Origin: Escherichia coli
GTDB taxonomy: Bacteria; Pseudomonadota; Gammaproteobacteria; Enterobacterales; Enterobacteriaceae
Assembly (NCBI RefSeq): GCF_046105845.1
Contig: NZ_CP151004.1
Direction: 5' to 3' (one strand)
Length of the DNA stretch: 64,000 nt
Both the position numbers and the translations under genes were made by a program. Below are positions 1-10,176 of this stretch, piece after piece. A model generated the notes under the pieces. It searched no databases and was not told the origin of the DNA. It saw only the letters and a list, made by a program, of their open reading frames with translations. Every line of letters begins with the position of its first letter. Position 1 is the stretch's first letter.

Positions 1-1
1 C

Positions 2-862
2 CCTCGTGCCTTCGAACGTATTGGCGGTACGGTGTTGGGGTCGATTTTAGGTCTTATCGCTCTGCAACTGGAGTTAATCTCGTTACCGCTGATGTTAGTC
101 TGGTGCGCGGCGGCGATGTTTCTTTGCGGTTGGCTGGCGCTGGGCAAGAAACCGTATCAAGGTTTATTGATTGGGGTGACGCTGGCAATTGTTGTTGGTT
201 CCCCGACAGGTGAAATTGATACGGCGTTATGGCGAAGCGGCGATGTGATCCTCGGCTCTTTACTGGCAATGTTGTTTACCGGTATCTGGCCACAACGAGC
301 GTTCATCCACTGGCGCATTCAACTGGCAAAAAGTCTGACCGAGTATAATCGGGTCTATCAATCTGCATTCTCACCGAACTTACTCGAACGCCCACGTCTG
401 GAAAGCCATCTACAAAAACTCCTGACCGATGCCGTGAAAATGCGTGGGCTGATTGCGCCCGCCAGCAAAGAAACCCGTATTCCAAAATCGATATATGAAG
501 GTATCCAGACCATTAACCGCAATCTGGTTTGTATGCTGGAGTTGCAAATCAATGCGTACTGGGCCACGCGCCCCAGCCATTTCGTGTTATTGAACGCGCA
601 AAAACTTCGTGATACCCAGCACATGATGCAGCAAATACTGCTGAGCCTTGTTCATGCGTTGTATGAAGGTAATCCGCAGCCGGTTTTTGCCAATACGGAA
701 AAATTGAACGATGCTGTGGAAGAGCTGCGTCAGTTGCTCAATAACCACCATGACCTGAAGGTTGTGGAAACACCAATCTATGGTTATGTGTGGCTGAACA
801 TGGAAACGGCACATCAGCTTGAGTTGCTATCGAATCTGATTTGCCGGGCCTTGCGCAAATAA
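2..862 (+). CDS. yeeA: YeeA-like inner membrane protein, C-terminal part (5' end lies outside the window)
   Basis: Open frame runs from window edge to stop at 862; hydrophobic N-terminal segment; position immediately upstream of yeeX matches backbone gene order. Sequence identity not recalled, call is by synteny. Confidence 0.65.
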   Translation, partial: PRAFERIGGTVLGSILGLIALQLELISLPLMLVWCAAAMFLCGWLALGKKPYQGLLIGVTLAIVVGSPTGEIDTALWRSGDVILGSLLAMLFTGIWPQRAFIHWRIQLAKSLTEYNRVYQSAFSPNLLERPRLESHLQKLLTDAVKMRGLIAPASKETRIPKSIYEGIQTINRNLVCMLELQINAYWATRPSHFVLLNAQKLRDTQHMMQQILLSLVHALYEGNPQPVFANTEKLNDAVEELRQLLNNHHDLKVVETPIYGYVWLNMETAHQLELLSNLICRALRK

Positions 863-1033
863 TTCCTGAACTTCAGAATCATCTTGCTGCTGCTTCGATT
901 CAGCAAGGATAAAGGGTATGATAGTGAAAAGGGATAAAAGCATTGTCATCTGCGGCAGCTATGAGTAATGTTGGCCCTAACGAATAGCGGTTGCTTAAAC
1001 GAATCCGACTCTCACATTATCAGGGGTATAAAA

Positions 1034-1363
1034 ATGGAAACTACCAAGCCTTCATTCCAGGACGTACTGGAATTTGTTCGTCTGTTCCGTCGTAAGAACA
1101 AACTGCAACGTGAAATTCAGGACGTTGAGAAAAAGATCCGTGACAACCAGAAGCGCGTCCTGCTGCTGGACAACCTGAGCGATTACATCAAGCCGGGGAT
1201 GAGCGTTGAAGCAATCCAGGGCATCATCGCCAGCATGAAAGGTGACTATGAAGATCGCGTTGACGATTACATCATCAAAAATGCCGAGCTCTCCAAAGAA
1301 CGCCGCGATATCTCCAAAAAGCTGAAAGCTATGGGCGAAATGAAAAACGGCGAAGCGAAGTAA
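1034..1363 (+). CDS. yeeX: YeeX (DUF496 family) protein, 109 aa
   Basis: Translation from internal ATG begins [29 protein letters not shown], matching remembered YeeX; the supplied ORF has an upstream in-frame extension that is probably not used. Confidence 0.9.
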   Translation: METTKPSFQDVLEFVRLFRRKNKLQREIQDVEKKIRDNQKRVLLLDNLSDYIKPGMSVEAIQGIIASMKGDYEDRVDDYIIKNAELSKERRDISKKLKAMGEMKNGEAK

Positions 1364-1376
1364 TTCCTGTTTTATT

Positions 1377-1405
1377 CAATGAGGGTTGCCCGGCAACCCT
1401 CATTG
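1377..1405. terminator. Hairpin terminator between convergent yeeX and pduV
   Basis: Inverted repeat aatgagggttgc...gcaaccctcatt directly after the yeeX stop, followed by a T-rich tract on the plus strand. Confidence 0.6.
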
Positions 1406-1463
1406 CTCATTGATTCTTTTCTGTGCATCACCGTCATCATTCTCATCTGAGAACCTGTCGAAA

Positions 1464-1907
1464 TTAGCGACAGCCTTCTTCTGTATGCAGCAAGGCTAAA
1501 AGTTCTGCAACTCCATTGTTATTAACCACACTGGTTACTAACACGTTGTGCGCTCCAGCTTCCCGTAACCAACATTTCACCAAAGATAGTTGTTCCATGT
1601 TGGCTAAATCTGCTTTGGTTACTACTCCAATGACCGGGCGATTCATTGACGAGGTAAAGCCTGGCGAAAAAGGTGACCACGGTGCGTCCGCATTAAGCAC
1701 CAGCGCGATAATGTCCGCTTCGCAGGCACTGACCAACAGTGCACTGTAGAGGCTGCGGTTTTCGAGGTATTCGCCTGGTGTATCAATGGTGGTCGGGGAC
1801 CAGACGATTGCCTGCGTTTTCTGATAATGAATATTTTCGCCACGCAGACATTGCGTGAGTGACGTTTTTCCGCACTGGCTGGGGCCGATGAGCATCATAC
1901 GTTGCAT
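1464..1907 (-). CDS. pduV: PduV, EutP/PduV family GTPase
   Basis: 147 aa; P-loop [10 protein letters not shown] near the N-terminus; last gene of the pdu array. Confidence 0.9.
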   Translation of the reverse strand: MQRMMLIGPSQCGKTSLTQCLRGENIHYQKTQAIVWSPTTIDTPGEYLENRSLYSALLVSACEADIIALVLNADAPWSPFSPGFTSSMNRPVIGVVTKADLANMEQLSLVKCWLREAGAHNVLVTSVVNNNGVAELLALLHTEEGCR

Positions 1908-1911
1908 AACG

Positions 1912-2262
1912 TCAGGTTCGCGTAATGGGGCAGGCGGTAAAGCGCATCATTTCACCCAGCGTACGGGTAACCTGGCTAAGTGCATATTCGATCGCAGAAA
2001 CATCACCAGTCAGCACTACGGCACCGGTAAAACGATCAAGAAAACCGATCTCTACAGAGCCTGATTTTGTGGCGATATCACATGCGATGATAGATGCTTC
2101 GCTGGGGGTAATTGTAAGAATACCAATAGCGGAAATGGTGTCTGGTAAACCCAATTTCTTAAACAGATCCTTCCCTGGATTGGCGATGACATGTGCCAGC
2201 GTGACCTGCTTACCAGGGACATATTCCTGAATCATCCGTTCAGTTGTGTGCTGAGTTGTCAT
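1912..2262 (-). CDS. pduU: PduU microcompartment shell protein (circularly permuted BMC domain)
   Basis: Internal start gives about 116 aa beginning [33 protein letters not shown], matching PduU; the supplied ORF has a short upstream extension. Confidence 0.85.
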   Translation of the reverse strand: MTTQHTTERMIQEYVPGKQVTLAHVIANPGKDLFKKLGLPDTISAIGILTITPSEASIIACDIATKSGSVEIGFLDRFTGAVVLTGDVSAIEYALSQVTRTLGEMMRFTACPITRT

Positions 2263-2816
2263 TATCCCTCCACCATCTGACGCCACATGGCTCCATGTGG
2301 ACGGGCAATCACTGACCGATAGACCAACAAACCTTTTTCCCCCGCACGCTCGCTGGCGACAGAGACCGCGTTATTAACATCTGAAATATCGCCAGCAACC
2401 ACCATGTAGCATTTACCACCAATGCCAAAAGCCATATGTACGCGAACGAGAATGACATTCGCAGCTTTGACAGCACAATCGGCAGCGTCAATGCAGGCGG
2501 CGACACCCCAGGTTTCGACTACGCCGACAGCCCGGTGCTGTTCAACATGGTTAAGTCCGCTGATTGCAGAAAGGAGGCTGGGATGAATATTCGGCAGGAC
2601 AAGACTGTCGACCAGCATTTCACCAGCAAGGGACGCTCCGCTGTTGATGGCCTGTTGCACCGCGCCCACATCGCCACCGAGCATCAGCAGAAATTTTCCG
2701 GGGCATAGCGTTTTGCTGACCAGTAACTCAACGTTGGCGCTTTTCAGCATGGCGTCGCCGGTTTCCATCCCTTTCGCGATACTGCTAAGTTCTAAAATAC
2801 CTACCGCTTTCGACAT
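2262..2816 (-). CDS. pduT: PduT microcompartment shell protein (tandem BMC domains)
   Basis: 184 aa beginning [32 protein letters not shown] and ending [13 protein letters not shown]; two BMC-like halves. Confidence 0.9.
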   Translation of the reverse strand: MSKAVGILELSSIAKGMETGDAMLKSANVELLVSKTLCPGKFLLMLGGDVGAVQQAINSGASLAGEMLVDSLVLPNIHPSLLSAISGLNHVEQHRAVGVVETWGVAACIDAADCAVKAANVILVRVHMAFGIGGKCYMVVAGDISDVNNAVSVASERAGEKGLLVYRSVIARPHGAMWRQMVEG

Positions 2817-2818
2817 CG

Positions 2819-4162
2819 TTAACCTCTCACAAGCGTAATCGCGTTTTCTGTCACATCGCTGACCATGCCATCAATACTGGCATGAATGGGGGCACCTAAT
2901 GTGCCGTGTGGAATTTGACCTACATATTGCCCATGAACGACGCGATCGCCTTTTTGTACACACGCAATTGCGCTGGCACCGATGTGCTGGCGTAACAATA
3001 ACGTCACTTTTTCGGGTTGAGGCACCTGTTCAGACAATGGCGCATCCTGATACCACGGGATTAGGCCCAGTCTGGTTACCAGCCGTTTTACGGGAATCAG
3101 TCGATAATTTGCCATGGGATCAGCAGGATTTAAGGCACCTTCGTAGCGGAGATTTTGTGCGCGTAATTCCTGCTTAAGCAGACGGTTTATGCGCATTGGT
3201 GAAATTCCTACCGGACAGGCGACGCTGGCGCAGACGTTGCACTCCGAACAGGTGAGCGCCGTCAGTAACAGTTGTGGCGTAGCGAGCTGTTGGTAGTTAA
3301 CCGCACGTACTAATAAATGGGGGGCCAGTTCGTGACCGACTAAATGACGTGGGCAGAGATCGGTACACAAGCGGCATTGCTCACAAACAGTTTTCGCGAC
3401 GGCAAGTACGCTGCGGTCATTCTGCATTCGACGTTGGATCAGTGAATGAGAGTTGGGTAAAACCAGCAAGCCGCCAGTGGTTTTGCTGACTGGTGTGTCG
3501 AGCGATGTGATCAAACTTCCCATCATCGGCCCGCCATTGATAAAACCAGGAGCATCCACTGTTGCGCCGCCCGCCAGCGCCAGGACTTCACGTAAAGACA
3601 TGCCGATGGGGACGGTTACCGTTATTGGTTTCGCCACTGCACCATTAACGGTGAGTGTGCGGCGCGTCACTGGATACTGTTGCTCGACGGCTCTGGCAAT
3701 ATTAAGTACGGTTTGAACATTATTGACCACCACACCGACGCTAACGGGTAATGCAGCGGGTGGAACGCGGCGACCAGTTGCCATCCAGATGGTCAGCACT
3801 TCGTCTCCTGCGGGGTAAACATCGGGAAAAATATGCAGGCGGATATCCGGTGGTAATAGGGGTGTGAGTGCGTTTATTGCCAGTTGATATTTCTCTTTCA
3901 GCGCGATGATTCCGCTACTGGCCCCGGTGGCTTTCATCGCATAGTGAACACCGCGAAGCAGGCGGCTGGCTTGCTGCGCCATTAACTGTTGATCCACTTT
4001 CAACATGGGTTCGCATTCCGCCGCATTCACCAGGAACGTGTCAACACGCGCTTGTAGCTTAATATGGGTTGGGAAACCTGCGCCGCCAGCACCCACGACA
4101 CCTGCTGCCTGTACTCGCTCGCGGATGGTCTGGTCGTCGCAGGAGGTTAACTCGACGTTCAT
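2819..4162 (-). CDS. pduS: PduS cobalamin reductase (Fe-S flavoprotein)
   Basis: 447 aa; glycine-rich [13 protein letters not shown] motif and cysteine clusters [12 protein letters not shown] / [13 protein letters not shown] typical of the RnfC-like PduS. Confidence 0.9.
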   Translation of the reverse strand: MNVELTSCDDQTIRERVQAAGVVGAGGAGFPTHIKLQARVDTFLVNAAECEPMLKVDQQLMAQQASRLLRGVHYAMKATGASSGIIALKEKYQLAINALTPLLPPDIRLHIFPDVYPAGDEVLTIWMATGRRVPPAALPVSVGVVVNNVQTVLNIARAVEQQYPVTRRTLTVNGAVAKPITVTVPIGMSLREVLALAGGATVDAPGFINGGPMMGSLITSLDTPVSKTTGGLLVLPNSHSLIQRRMQNDRSVLAVAKTVCEQCRLCTDLCPRHLVGHELAPHLLVRAVNYQQLATPQLLLTALTCSECNVCASVACPVGISPMRINRLLKQELRAQNLRYEGALNPADPMANYRLIPVKRLVTRLGLIPWYQDAPLSEQVPQPEKVTLLLRQHIGASAIACVQKGDRVVHGQYVGQIPHGTLGAPIHASIDGMVSDVTENAITLVRG

Positions 4163-5271
4163 AACAACTCCTCGAGCAGTTCTGCAATAGCGGTGGCATC
4201 AGCCGCACGCGGGTTGGTACGCAACGTTGCATCCGCCAGTGCCGCCTGAACCATATCTGGTATGCGTATTGACCATTCTGCTTTTTTTTCTTTCAGCACA
4301 TTGGTAAGAGTCGGTAGCTTACAGGTTGTTTTAAGCTGTTCAATATGTTGAATAAGTGCATTCAGGCTGGCGGTGTCATTGGCGTTGTCCGGGCATAAAT
4401 GGCACGTTTTCGCCAGCCGGGCGTAGCGTTTGGCAGCGCGCGGATCGCCAGCATTAAAGCGGATAACTGCCGTGAGCAGGAGCGCATTCGCCAGGCCGTG
4501 TGGCAGATGAAACTGTCCGCCGAGTTGATGAGCAATTGCATGGTTTAAACCGAGTCCGGCCTGGCTAAAGGCCATTCCTGCAAGCGTCGATGCATTATGC
4601 ATTTTGCCACGGGTGGCAAGACAATTGCCTTTTTTCACTGCAGTGGGCAGGTATTGAAAAACAATTTGCACGGCTTTTTCGACCAGTGCATCCGTGAAGT
4701 CGCTGGCGCGAGGAGAAACATAAGCTTCAAGCGCATGGGTTAAAACATCCATCCCGGTATTGGCCGTTATCGCCGGTGGCACGCTGACGATCAGAGATGG
4801 ATCAAGGATCGCGATATCCGGATAAAGTGCATTATCGAAAAGGGGATATTTAATCCCTTTCTCAGGATCGCTGATGACACAAGCACTGGTCACTTCGGAA
4901 CCGGTACCGCTGGTGGTAGGAATGGCTACGCAGGTTTCAATTTCAATGCCACACTGGCGACCGAACCAGACAATCGCTTTTGCGGCGTCCAGGGCAGAAC
5001 CGCCGCCAAAACCGATAACCACATCCGGGCGTAAAGTCTGCATTTGCGCAATGCCTTTCACCACGGTCTGGATAGTTGGGTCGGGCGTTATTTCGCTAAA
5101 AATACTAAGACGATTACTGTCGGGCAGCGCCTGATGCAACGTGTCAATAAGTGGTGAGCGTGCCAGAAAGGCATCGCAAATAATCCAGATGTGTCTATGA
5201 GAGAAACGGCTAAGTACCTTGAGACTTCCTGGTCCGCTGTATAAACGCGTCTGCAGTGAAAAAGTATTCAT
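4159..5271 (-). CDS. pduQ: PduQ 1-propanol dehydrogenase (iron-containing alcohol dehydrogenase family)
   Basis: 370 aa; GGGS motif and histidine-rich metal site typical of Fe-ADH; position between pduP and pduS. Confidence 0.9.
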   Translation of the reverse strand: MNTFSLQTRLYSGPGSLKVLSRFSHRHIWIICDAFLARSPLIDTLHQALPDSNRLSIFSEITPDPTIQTVVKGIAQMQTLRPDVVIGFGGGSALDAAKAIVWFGRQCGIEIETCVAIPTTSGTGSEVTSACVISDPEKGIKYPLFDNALYPDIAILDPSLIVSVPPAITANTGMDVLTHALEAYVSPRASDFTDALVEKAVQIVFQYLPTAVKKGNCLATRGKMHNASTLAGMAFSQAGLGLNHAIAHQLGGQFHLPHGLANALLLTAVIRFNAGDPRAAKRYARLAKTCHLCPDNANDTASLNALIQHIEQLKTTCKLPTLTNVLKEKKAEWSIRIPDMVQAALADATLRTNPRAADATAIAELLEELL

Positions 5272-5281
5272 TTCCGTTTCT

Positions 5282-6667
5282 CTAGCGAATTGAAAAGCCG
5301 CTGGTTAACACGCAGCGTCGTGAGCGGGCAAAAGTCCGTGCTGACGTTGTCCCTTCTCCGGTCGGTGTTGCAATGGTAAAGGTCGTAAAGCCTTCGCCGC
5401 CGACGCCAATACCCGCCCAGGAGGGGCCGTTTTTGACAAAGATTGAGGTTTGCATAACGCGTGCGGCAAGGTTGAGCCGTGAGACGTTCTGCGAGTGCAT
5501 AATTGCCGTGTGGTGCAAGCCGTCTTCCACTTTCAGCGCCAGGGTGAGAGCGCTATCAAAATCGTTGACCTTCACAATGGGCAGCATTGGCATCAGTTGT
5601 TCACAAGTAACCCAACTATCATTGGCGTCGACAACAGCAATCAGTAGGCGCGGCGCTTTTGCGGGCAAAGGGAGGCCTGCCGCTTCCAGCAAGGCTGATG
5701 GGCTTTTCCCAACCAGTTTTTTGTTGGCGCTACCGTCTGGCAGGCAAATTGCACGCAATTTCTCCGTTTGCTCATAGTTAAGAAGAAGCGCGCCAAAACT
5801 TTGCATCTGCTGAATTAAATACTCTGCCACTGATGCTACGACAATCAGGCTTTTTTCAGCGATACACGGCAGGTTGTAATCAAATGAAGCGCCGTTGATG
5901 ATATCTTCGGCGGCTTTCACAATATCCGCCGTTTCATCGACGATACACGGAGGGTTACCCGCTCCGGCACCAATCACTTTCTTGCCACTTTTCATTCCCA
6001 TGGCGACGATCCCCGGACCGCCGGTAATCGCCAGAACGCTGATTTTAGGGTGCGCCATCATCTGTTCGGTAGCAGCAAAGGTCGGTTCAGATACGGTAAC
6101 GATCAGGTTATGAATGCCACTACAGCGAAACGCGATGTCTTCGATTATGGTAATCAGTTTTAACGAAACGTTTTTGGCTCCCGGGTGTGGACTGAAGTAG
6201 ACGCTATTACCTGCTGCCAGCATGCTGATGCTGTTGTTAATGATGGTTTCCGTGGGGTTGGTGCTTGGCGTGACCGAGCCAATCACCCCAAACGGAGAGT
6301 ATTCAAACAAAACCATGCCACCATCACCGGTCAGTGCTGTGGTGGTTAAATCTTCAATTCCAGGCGTGTTATCAAGTGCCGCTTTGTTTTTTAGGTACTT
6401 ATCTTCTTTATTTCCCATCCCCGTTTCTTTGGCGCTTTCTTCTGCCAGTTCGGTCAGGCGGGGCATTAATTCTTCGCGAATGGCGCTGATAATGGCGCTA
6501 CGGGTTTTAAGCGGGCACTGTTGAAAGCGTAAAAAGGCCTGGTGTGCTGCGCAGACCGCTTCATCAACAGTCTGGAAAATAGCGTTTCTTTGCGCTCGTT
6601 GCGTAGCGGGGGCAAGCTGCTCACGCAGAATATTGCGGATCAGTGTTTCTAATTCAGAGTTATTCAT
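5282..6667 (-). CDS. pduP: PduP CoA-acylating propionaldehyde dehydrogenase
   Basis: 461 aa; begins MNNSELETLIRNILREQL and ends SARTFARSRRCVLTSGFSIR, matching the aldehyde dehydrogenase PduP family. Confidence 0.9.
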   Translation of the reverse strand: MNNSELETLIRNILREQLAPATQRAQRNAIFQTVDEAVCAAHQAFLRFQQCPLKTRSAIISAIREELMPRLTELAEESAKETGMGNKEDKYLKNKAALDNTPGIEDLTTTALTGDGGMVLFEYSPFGVIGSVTPSTNPTETIINNSISMLAAGNSVYFSPHPGAKNVSLKLITIIEDIAFRCSGIHNLIVTVSEPTFAATEQMMAHPKISVLAITGGPGIVAMGMKSGKKVIGAGAGNPPCIVDETADIVKAAEDIINGASFDYNLPCIAEKSLIVVASVAEYLIQQMQSFGALLLNYEQTEKLRAICLPDGSANKKLVGKSPSALLEAAGLPLPAKAPRLLIAVVDANDSWVTCEQLMPMLPIVKVNDFDSALTLALKVEDGLHHTAIMHSQNVSRLNLAARVMQTSIFVKNGPSWAGIGVGGEGFTTFTIATPTGEGTTSARTFARSRRCVLTSGFSIR

Positions 6668-7671
6668 TGGTTTACTCCCACGTTAATTGCCGCCATTGCG
6701 CTTTGGGCAATATCCATGTCTTGTTCAACGCTACCACCGCTGATGCCAAGCCCCCCGAGCAATATTCCGTCACGCCAGAGGGGGAAGCCGCCACCAAAGG
6801 TGACGACTTTGCCTTGCATATGGCTTTCGAGCCCATAAAGCGGCGCGCCGGGTTGCACGGTATCAGCAAGCTTGTGGGTTGCTGTTTTCATCGCCACGGC
6901 GGTCCAGGCTTTTTTCGGTGCCAGTTCACTGCTGACCAACAGGGCATCAGGCATCCGCCAGGTAACACTTTCTGTTCCGTTGGCATCAACAATGCTGATG
7001 ACAACGGGAATATGCAGTTCATCCGCGCGCATTGCCGCACTACGAATGAGCTGGTGAAGATCCTGAAATGTGAGCGGCATTGTGCGTTCCTTCAATGCTG
7101 GTGTGTGGTTGGCTTCGTGATAACGTTTTGTGATTTCCTGAATCATCAGGTTTTGATGAGCAACGTTGTCTTCCACTCGGGCGAGGGCATACAGGCAATC
7201 GGAAAGTCGGTTGATATAGTGCAGCAAAACATTCCGGACGTTGGTTTCCGTTGTCAGTTCAACCAGACGTCTTTCAGCCCGTCGAGCCACTGTGCGGGCG
7301 AAATGCATGTGGCTTGCGGCTTCAGATCGACCAGGCAGAATGAAGCTGTGAACTGGGGGGACGGCGTTCATTGCGCTATCGATCGCGTTTTCCAGCGCAG
7401 CAATTTCTTCCGTACTGATGTAACGCTGCTTCGCTGACGGCTGTTCGCTTTCACTCGCGAGTTCGGCGCTAAACCAAAATATCTGTTGTTGAATGGCTTC
7501 CAGTAAGATGCGATGGCTTTCGATGGCGGTGGCGCAATAACACAGACTGAGTGTCGCGTTCAGTTCATCCAGCGTGCCATAGGTTTCGACACGTAGATGA
7601 GTTTTGCTGACGCGCTGTCCGGTAAATAAAGACGTACTTCCTGAATCACCTGTTCGGGTATAAATTGCCAT
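6664..7671 (-). CDS. pduO: PduO ATP:cob(I)alamin adenosyltransferase (with C-terminal DUF336-like domain)
   Basis: 335 aa beginning MAIYTRTGDSGSTSLFTGQRVSK, the characteristic PduO-type adenosyltransferase N-terminus. Confidence 0.9.
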   Translation of the reverse strand: MAIYTRTGDSGSTSLFTGQRVSKTHLRVETYGTLDELNATLSLCYCATAIESHRILLEAIQQQIFWFSAELASESEQPSAKQRYISTEEIAALENAIDSAMNAVPPVHSFILPGRSEAASHMHFARTVARRAERRLVELTTETNVRNVLLHYINRLSDCLYALARVEDNVAHQNLMIQEITKRYHEANHTPALKERTMPLTFQDLHQLIRSAAMRADELHIPVVISIVDANGTESVTWRMPDALLVSSELAPKKAWTAVAMKTATHKLADTVQPGAPLYGLESHMQGKVVTFGGGFPLWRDGILLGGLGISGGSVEQDMDIAQSAMAAINVGVNQ

Positions 7672-7682
7672 CTTTCAGCTCC

Positions 7683-7958
7683 TTAGCGCGAAAGCGTATC
7701 GACAATGCCGACCACTGCCAGGTCGATGGCTTCGTTAGGGCCGGAAAACACATGTCTGGCGCTGGAACCACTGCTGAGGAGTACCAACTCACCAACGCCT
7801 GCGCCGACGGAATCAACGGCAACTTCGTCGCCAGTTAATGGCGTGAGAGGCAGTTCGCCGTCAGCACTGACCCGGCGAACCAGCAGCAGTTTTTTCCCGA
7901 TCAGAGAAGGTGATTTTTGCGTGGATACTACCGCGCCAGTGACTCGAGCCAGATGCAT
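7683..7958 (-). CDS. pduN: PduN microcompartment vertex protein (EutN/CcmL family)
   Basis: 91 aa; [17 protein letters not shown] start typical of EutN/PduN pentamer proteins. Confidence 0.85.
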   Translation of the reverse strand: MHLARVTGAVVSTQKSPSLIGKKLLLVRRVSADGELPLTPLTGDEVAVDSVGAGVGELVLLSSGSSARHVFSGPNEAIDLAVVGIVDTLSR

Positions 7959-7961
7959 AGG

Positions 7962-8453
7962 TTACTCCTGCCTGATTAACTGAATATTTCGGGTAATTGC
8001 CGCTTCACGAGCCAGTGCGGTCACACAACATTTCCGCTGTAACACCAATATTCCCGAGCTTAACTGTGCGATATCGACATAACTTAAAAGTCGATCATGA
8101 TGTAGGTAGATCGGTTGCCCTTGTTCGTCGCACCAGCTTAGCGGTAGACGGGCGAGAGTCTTCAATTCAATGGCGTTCAGGAAATGACGCTGCAACGCCA
8201 ATTGAATGTGCATTCCCCAGGCTAACGCTTCGTGTATCTGGATTGCTGCTCGATCTGACGTTTCGTTCTCCGCAAGTTGTCGCAGCAGCGGCAGATCGAC
8301 ATATCGGATTTGTAATGACGCATACTGATGAACGCTCTCTTGAACGCTGGCGTCTCGCAGTTGAAAAACAGTCAGCACGAGTGTTTTTCCCGCACGTTGT
8401 TTAAGGCGAAAAACCACTTCGTCAACAATACGTTGCATCAGTATGTTATTCAT
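7962..8453 (-). CDS. pduM: PduM microcompartment-associated protein
   Basis: 163 aa ORF in the conserved pduL-pduM-pduN position; no enzymatic motifs. Confidence 0.8.
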   Translation of the reverse strand: MNNILMQRIVDEVVFRLKQRAGKTLVLTVFQLRDASVQESVHQYASLQIRYVDLPLLRQLAENETSDRAAIQIHEALAWGMHIQLALQRHFLNAIELKTLARLPLSWCDEQGQPIYLHHDRLLSYVDIAQLSSGILVLQRKCCVTALAREAAITRNIQLIRQE

Positions 8454-9082
8454 GGCATTGACACCAGTGTGGCAAAAACGTCAGGGCTATCAGCCCCTGC
8501 GGCGTTGGCCTCATCGGTATCAATATGCATTTCAAGACGCATATCCGGAGAGACGCGAACAGCGACGTTTTCGAATATCAGTCGTCGCTCATCACCTTCA
8601 ATGGCAACCGCCACTTTTTCGCCATGCGTAACGCCATAAATCAGGGCATCCAGCGGAGACATATGAATATGCCGTTGCGCGACAATGACGCCAGATGTGA
8701 TCTCCAGTTCCGCAAATGGACTTATCAAACGAATCCCCGGAGTGCCGCTGAGATCGCCTGACATGCGTAGCGGGGCGGTGATCCCTAACGTTCTGGCGTC
8801 CGTCCGGGAAATTTCCACCTGACTTGCATTGCGTAGCGGCCCCAACAAGCGAACGTTGTGCAATTTACCTTTTGGTCCCTCCAGCGTAACAACCTGTTCA
8901 GCAGCGAATTGGCCAGGTTGCATTAACGGCTTTTTCTCGCTAATCGGTTGTTCAGGAAAAAGACGCAAATAATCCGCTGTTGAAAGATGAATATGACGAC
9001 TGGAAACACCCAGAGGGATAGGGCGCTCACGCATCTCATCCAGAATCTGGCTCACTGTTTCCTGCAAGGTTTGTTTATCCAC
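8450..9082 (-). CDS. pduL: PduL phosphate propanoyltransferase
   Basis: 210 aa; position and size match PduL; 4-nt overlap with pduM. Confidence 0.85.
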   Translation of the reverse strand: MDKQTLQETVSQILDEMRERPIPLGVSSRHIHLSTADYLRLFPEQPISEKKPLMQPGQFAAEQVVTLEGPKGKLHNVRLLGPLRNASQVEISRTDARTLGITAPLRMSGDLSGTPGIRLISPFAELEITSGVIVAQRHIHMSPLDALIYGVTHGEKVAVAIEGDERRLIFENVAVRVSPDMRLEMHIDTDEANAAGADSPDVFATLVSMP

Positions 9083-9084
9083 TG

Positions 9085-9507
9085 CTACTCCCCTCGCTTA
9101 TTGGTGTGCAGGCAAAGTGAGCGGGGCTCACCTTTTTGCCGCTGACATGCCGGGTCAAGACACAAATTACAACTGATAATCTCTGAGGTGACGGTTGTTG
9201 CTGGTGTTTCGCTTGTTTCAACCGTCCCAGTCAATGCTTCAGTTGTGTGGGGCAGAATGCCGTCTCCCGGGCGGGCAATTACTTTGTGTGCGACAAGGCT
9301 ATTTCGCTGTCCGGCGAAACTGGCTCCCGTCGCGATCGCCGCATTAACCGAGGCGACGTCACCGGTGATTTTGATGAGCGTCCAGCCTGAGCCATTGGTC
9401 TTCTCAAGGCCAACCAGCATGATAGACGCGGCTTTTGCCATAGCGTCTGCGCAACTGATGGCGAGAGCCAGACCACTGACTTCAAGTAATCCCAGTGATT
9501 GCTTCAC
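9085..9507 (-). CDS. pduK: PduK microcompartment shell protein with C-terminal cysteine motif
   Basis: 140 aa; N-terminal BMC domain (LGLLEVSGLALAISCADAMAKAA) and C-terminal CNLCLDPAC motif. Confidence 0.85.
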   Translation of the reverse strand: MKQSLGLLEVSGLALAISCADAMAKAASIMLVGLEKTNGSGWTLIKITGDVASVNAAIATGASFAGQRNSLVAHKVIARPGDGILPHTTEALTGTVETSETPATTVTSEIISCNLCLDPACQRQKGEPRSLCLHTNKRGE

Positions 9508-9530
9508 GCTGTGCTCCTTAGCAAATGGGG

Positions 9531-9806
9531 TTATGCCGATTTAGGTAAAATAGCCTCAACATCACTGTGTGGGCGCGGGATGACATGGCAGGATTTCACT
9601 TCGCCAACTGCGCTTGCCGCAGCGCTCCCCGCATCCACGGCGGCCTTTACTGCACCAACATCACCGCGGACCATCACCGTAATCAGACCCGAACCAATCT
9701 TTTCATAGCCAACCAGTTGCACGTTGGCGGATTTAACCATGGCATCTGCAGCTTCAATTGCGCCAACTAACCCTTTTGTTTCAACCAGTCCTAGTGCGTT
9801 GTTCAT
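9531..9806 (-). CDS. pduJ: PduJ microcompartment shell protein (BMC domain)
   Basis: 91 aa; [41 protein letters not shown] is a canonical BMC hexamer sequence. Confidence 0.9.
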   Translation of the reverse strand: MNNALGLVETKGLVGAIEAADAMVKSANVQLVGYEKIGSGLITVMVRGDVGAVKAAVDAGSAAASAVGEVKSCHVIPRPHSDVEAILPKSA

Positions 9807-9825
9807 ACTGCTTTTCTCCTGTGGA

Positions 9826-10176
9826 TTATGAGTGGAGTTCCCGGAAGGGAATCCCTTTTACCAGGCGGGCAGCGTTAGAGCCAATGCTGCGCCGGGCATG
9901 GTTATCTTGTTGATACATCAGCGTAAACAGTGGCGCTGATGCCGGTAAGTTTTTGTAATGCACAATCAGTTTTTCCTGATCGCAGGCAATGCCAACCAAC
10001 AGGGGAGATTGACGAGCAGCCAGCCAGGCGCTATCGATAACTTCACCTGACGGAATGTGTTGAATGCGAAAGGGAATACCTTCCTCTTCAATGCCAAGAA
10101 GCACCTCATCCCATATAGTGATGCAGTTACCGATCTCCATGACGACGATGGCTGGTGCTCGCTCTTTACTTTCCAT
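9826..10176 (-). CDS. pduH: PduH diol dehydratase reactivase small subunit
   Basis: 116 aa following pduG with 11-nt overlap; conserved position and size. Confidence 0.85.
   Translation of the reverse strand: MESKERAPAIVVMEIGNCITIWDEVLLGIEEEGIPFRIQHIPSGEVIDSAWLAARQSPLLVGIACDQEKLIVHYKNLPASAPLFTLMYQQDNHARRSIGSNAARLVKGIPFRELHS

Noticed and set aside
6643-7437. 264-aa plus-strand ORF overlapping pduO and pduP
   Set aside because: Antisense to two well-supported pdu genes; cysteine/histidine-rich low-complexity translation typical of a spurious frame in GC-rich coding DNA.
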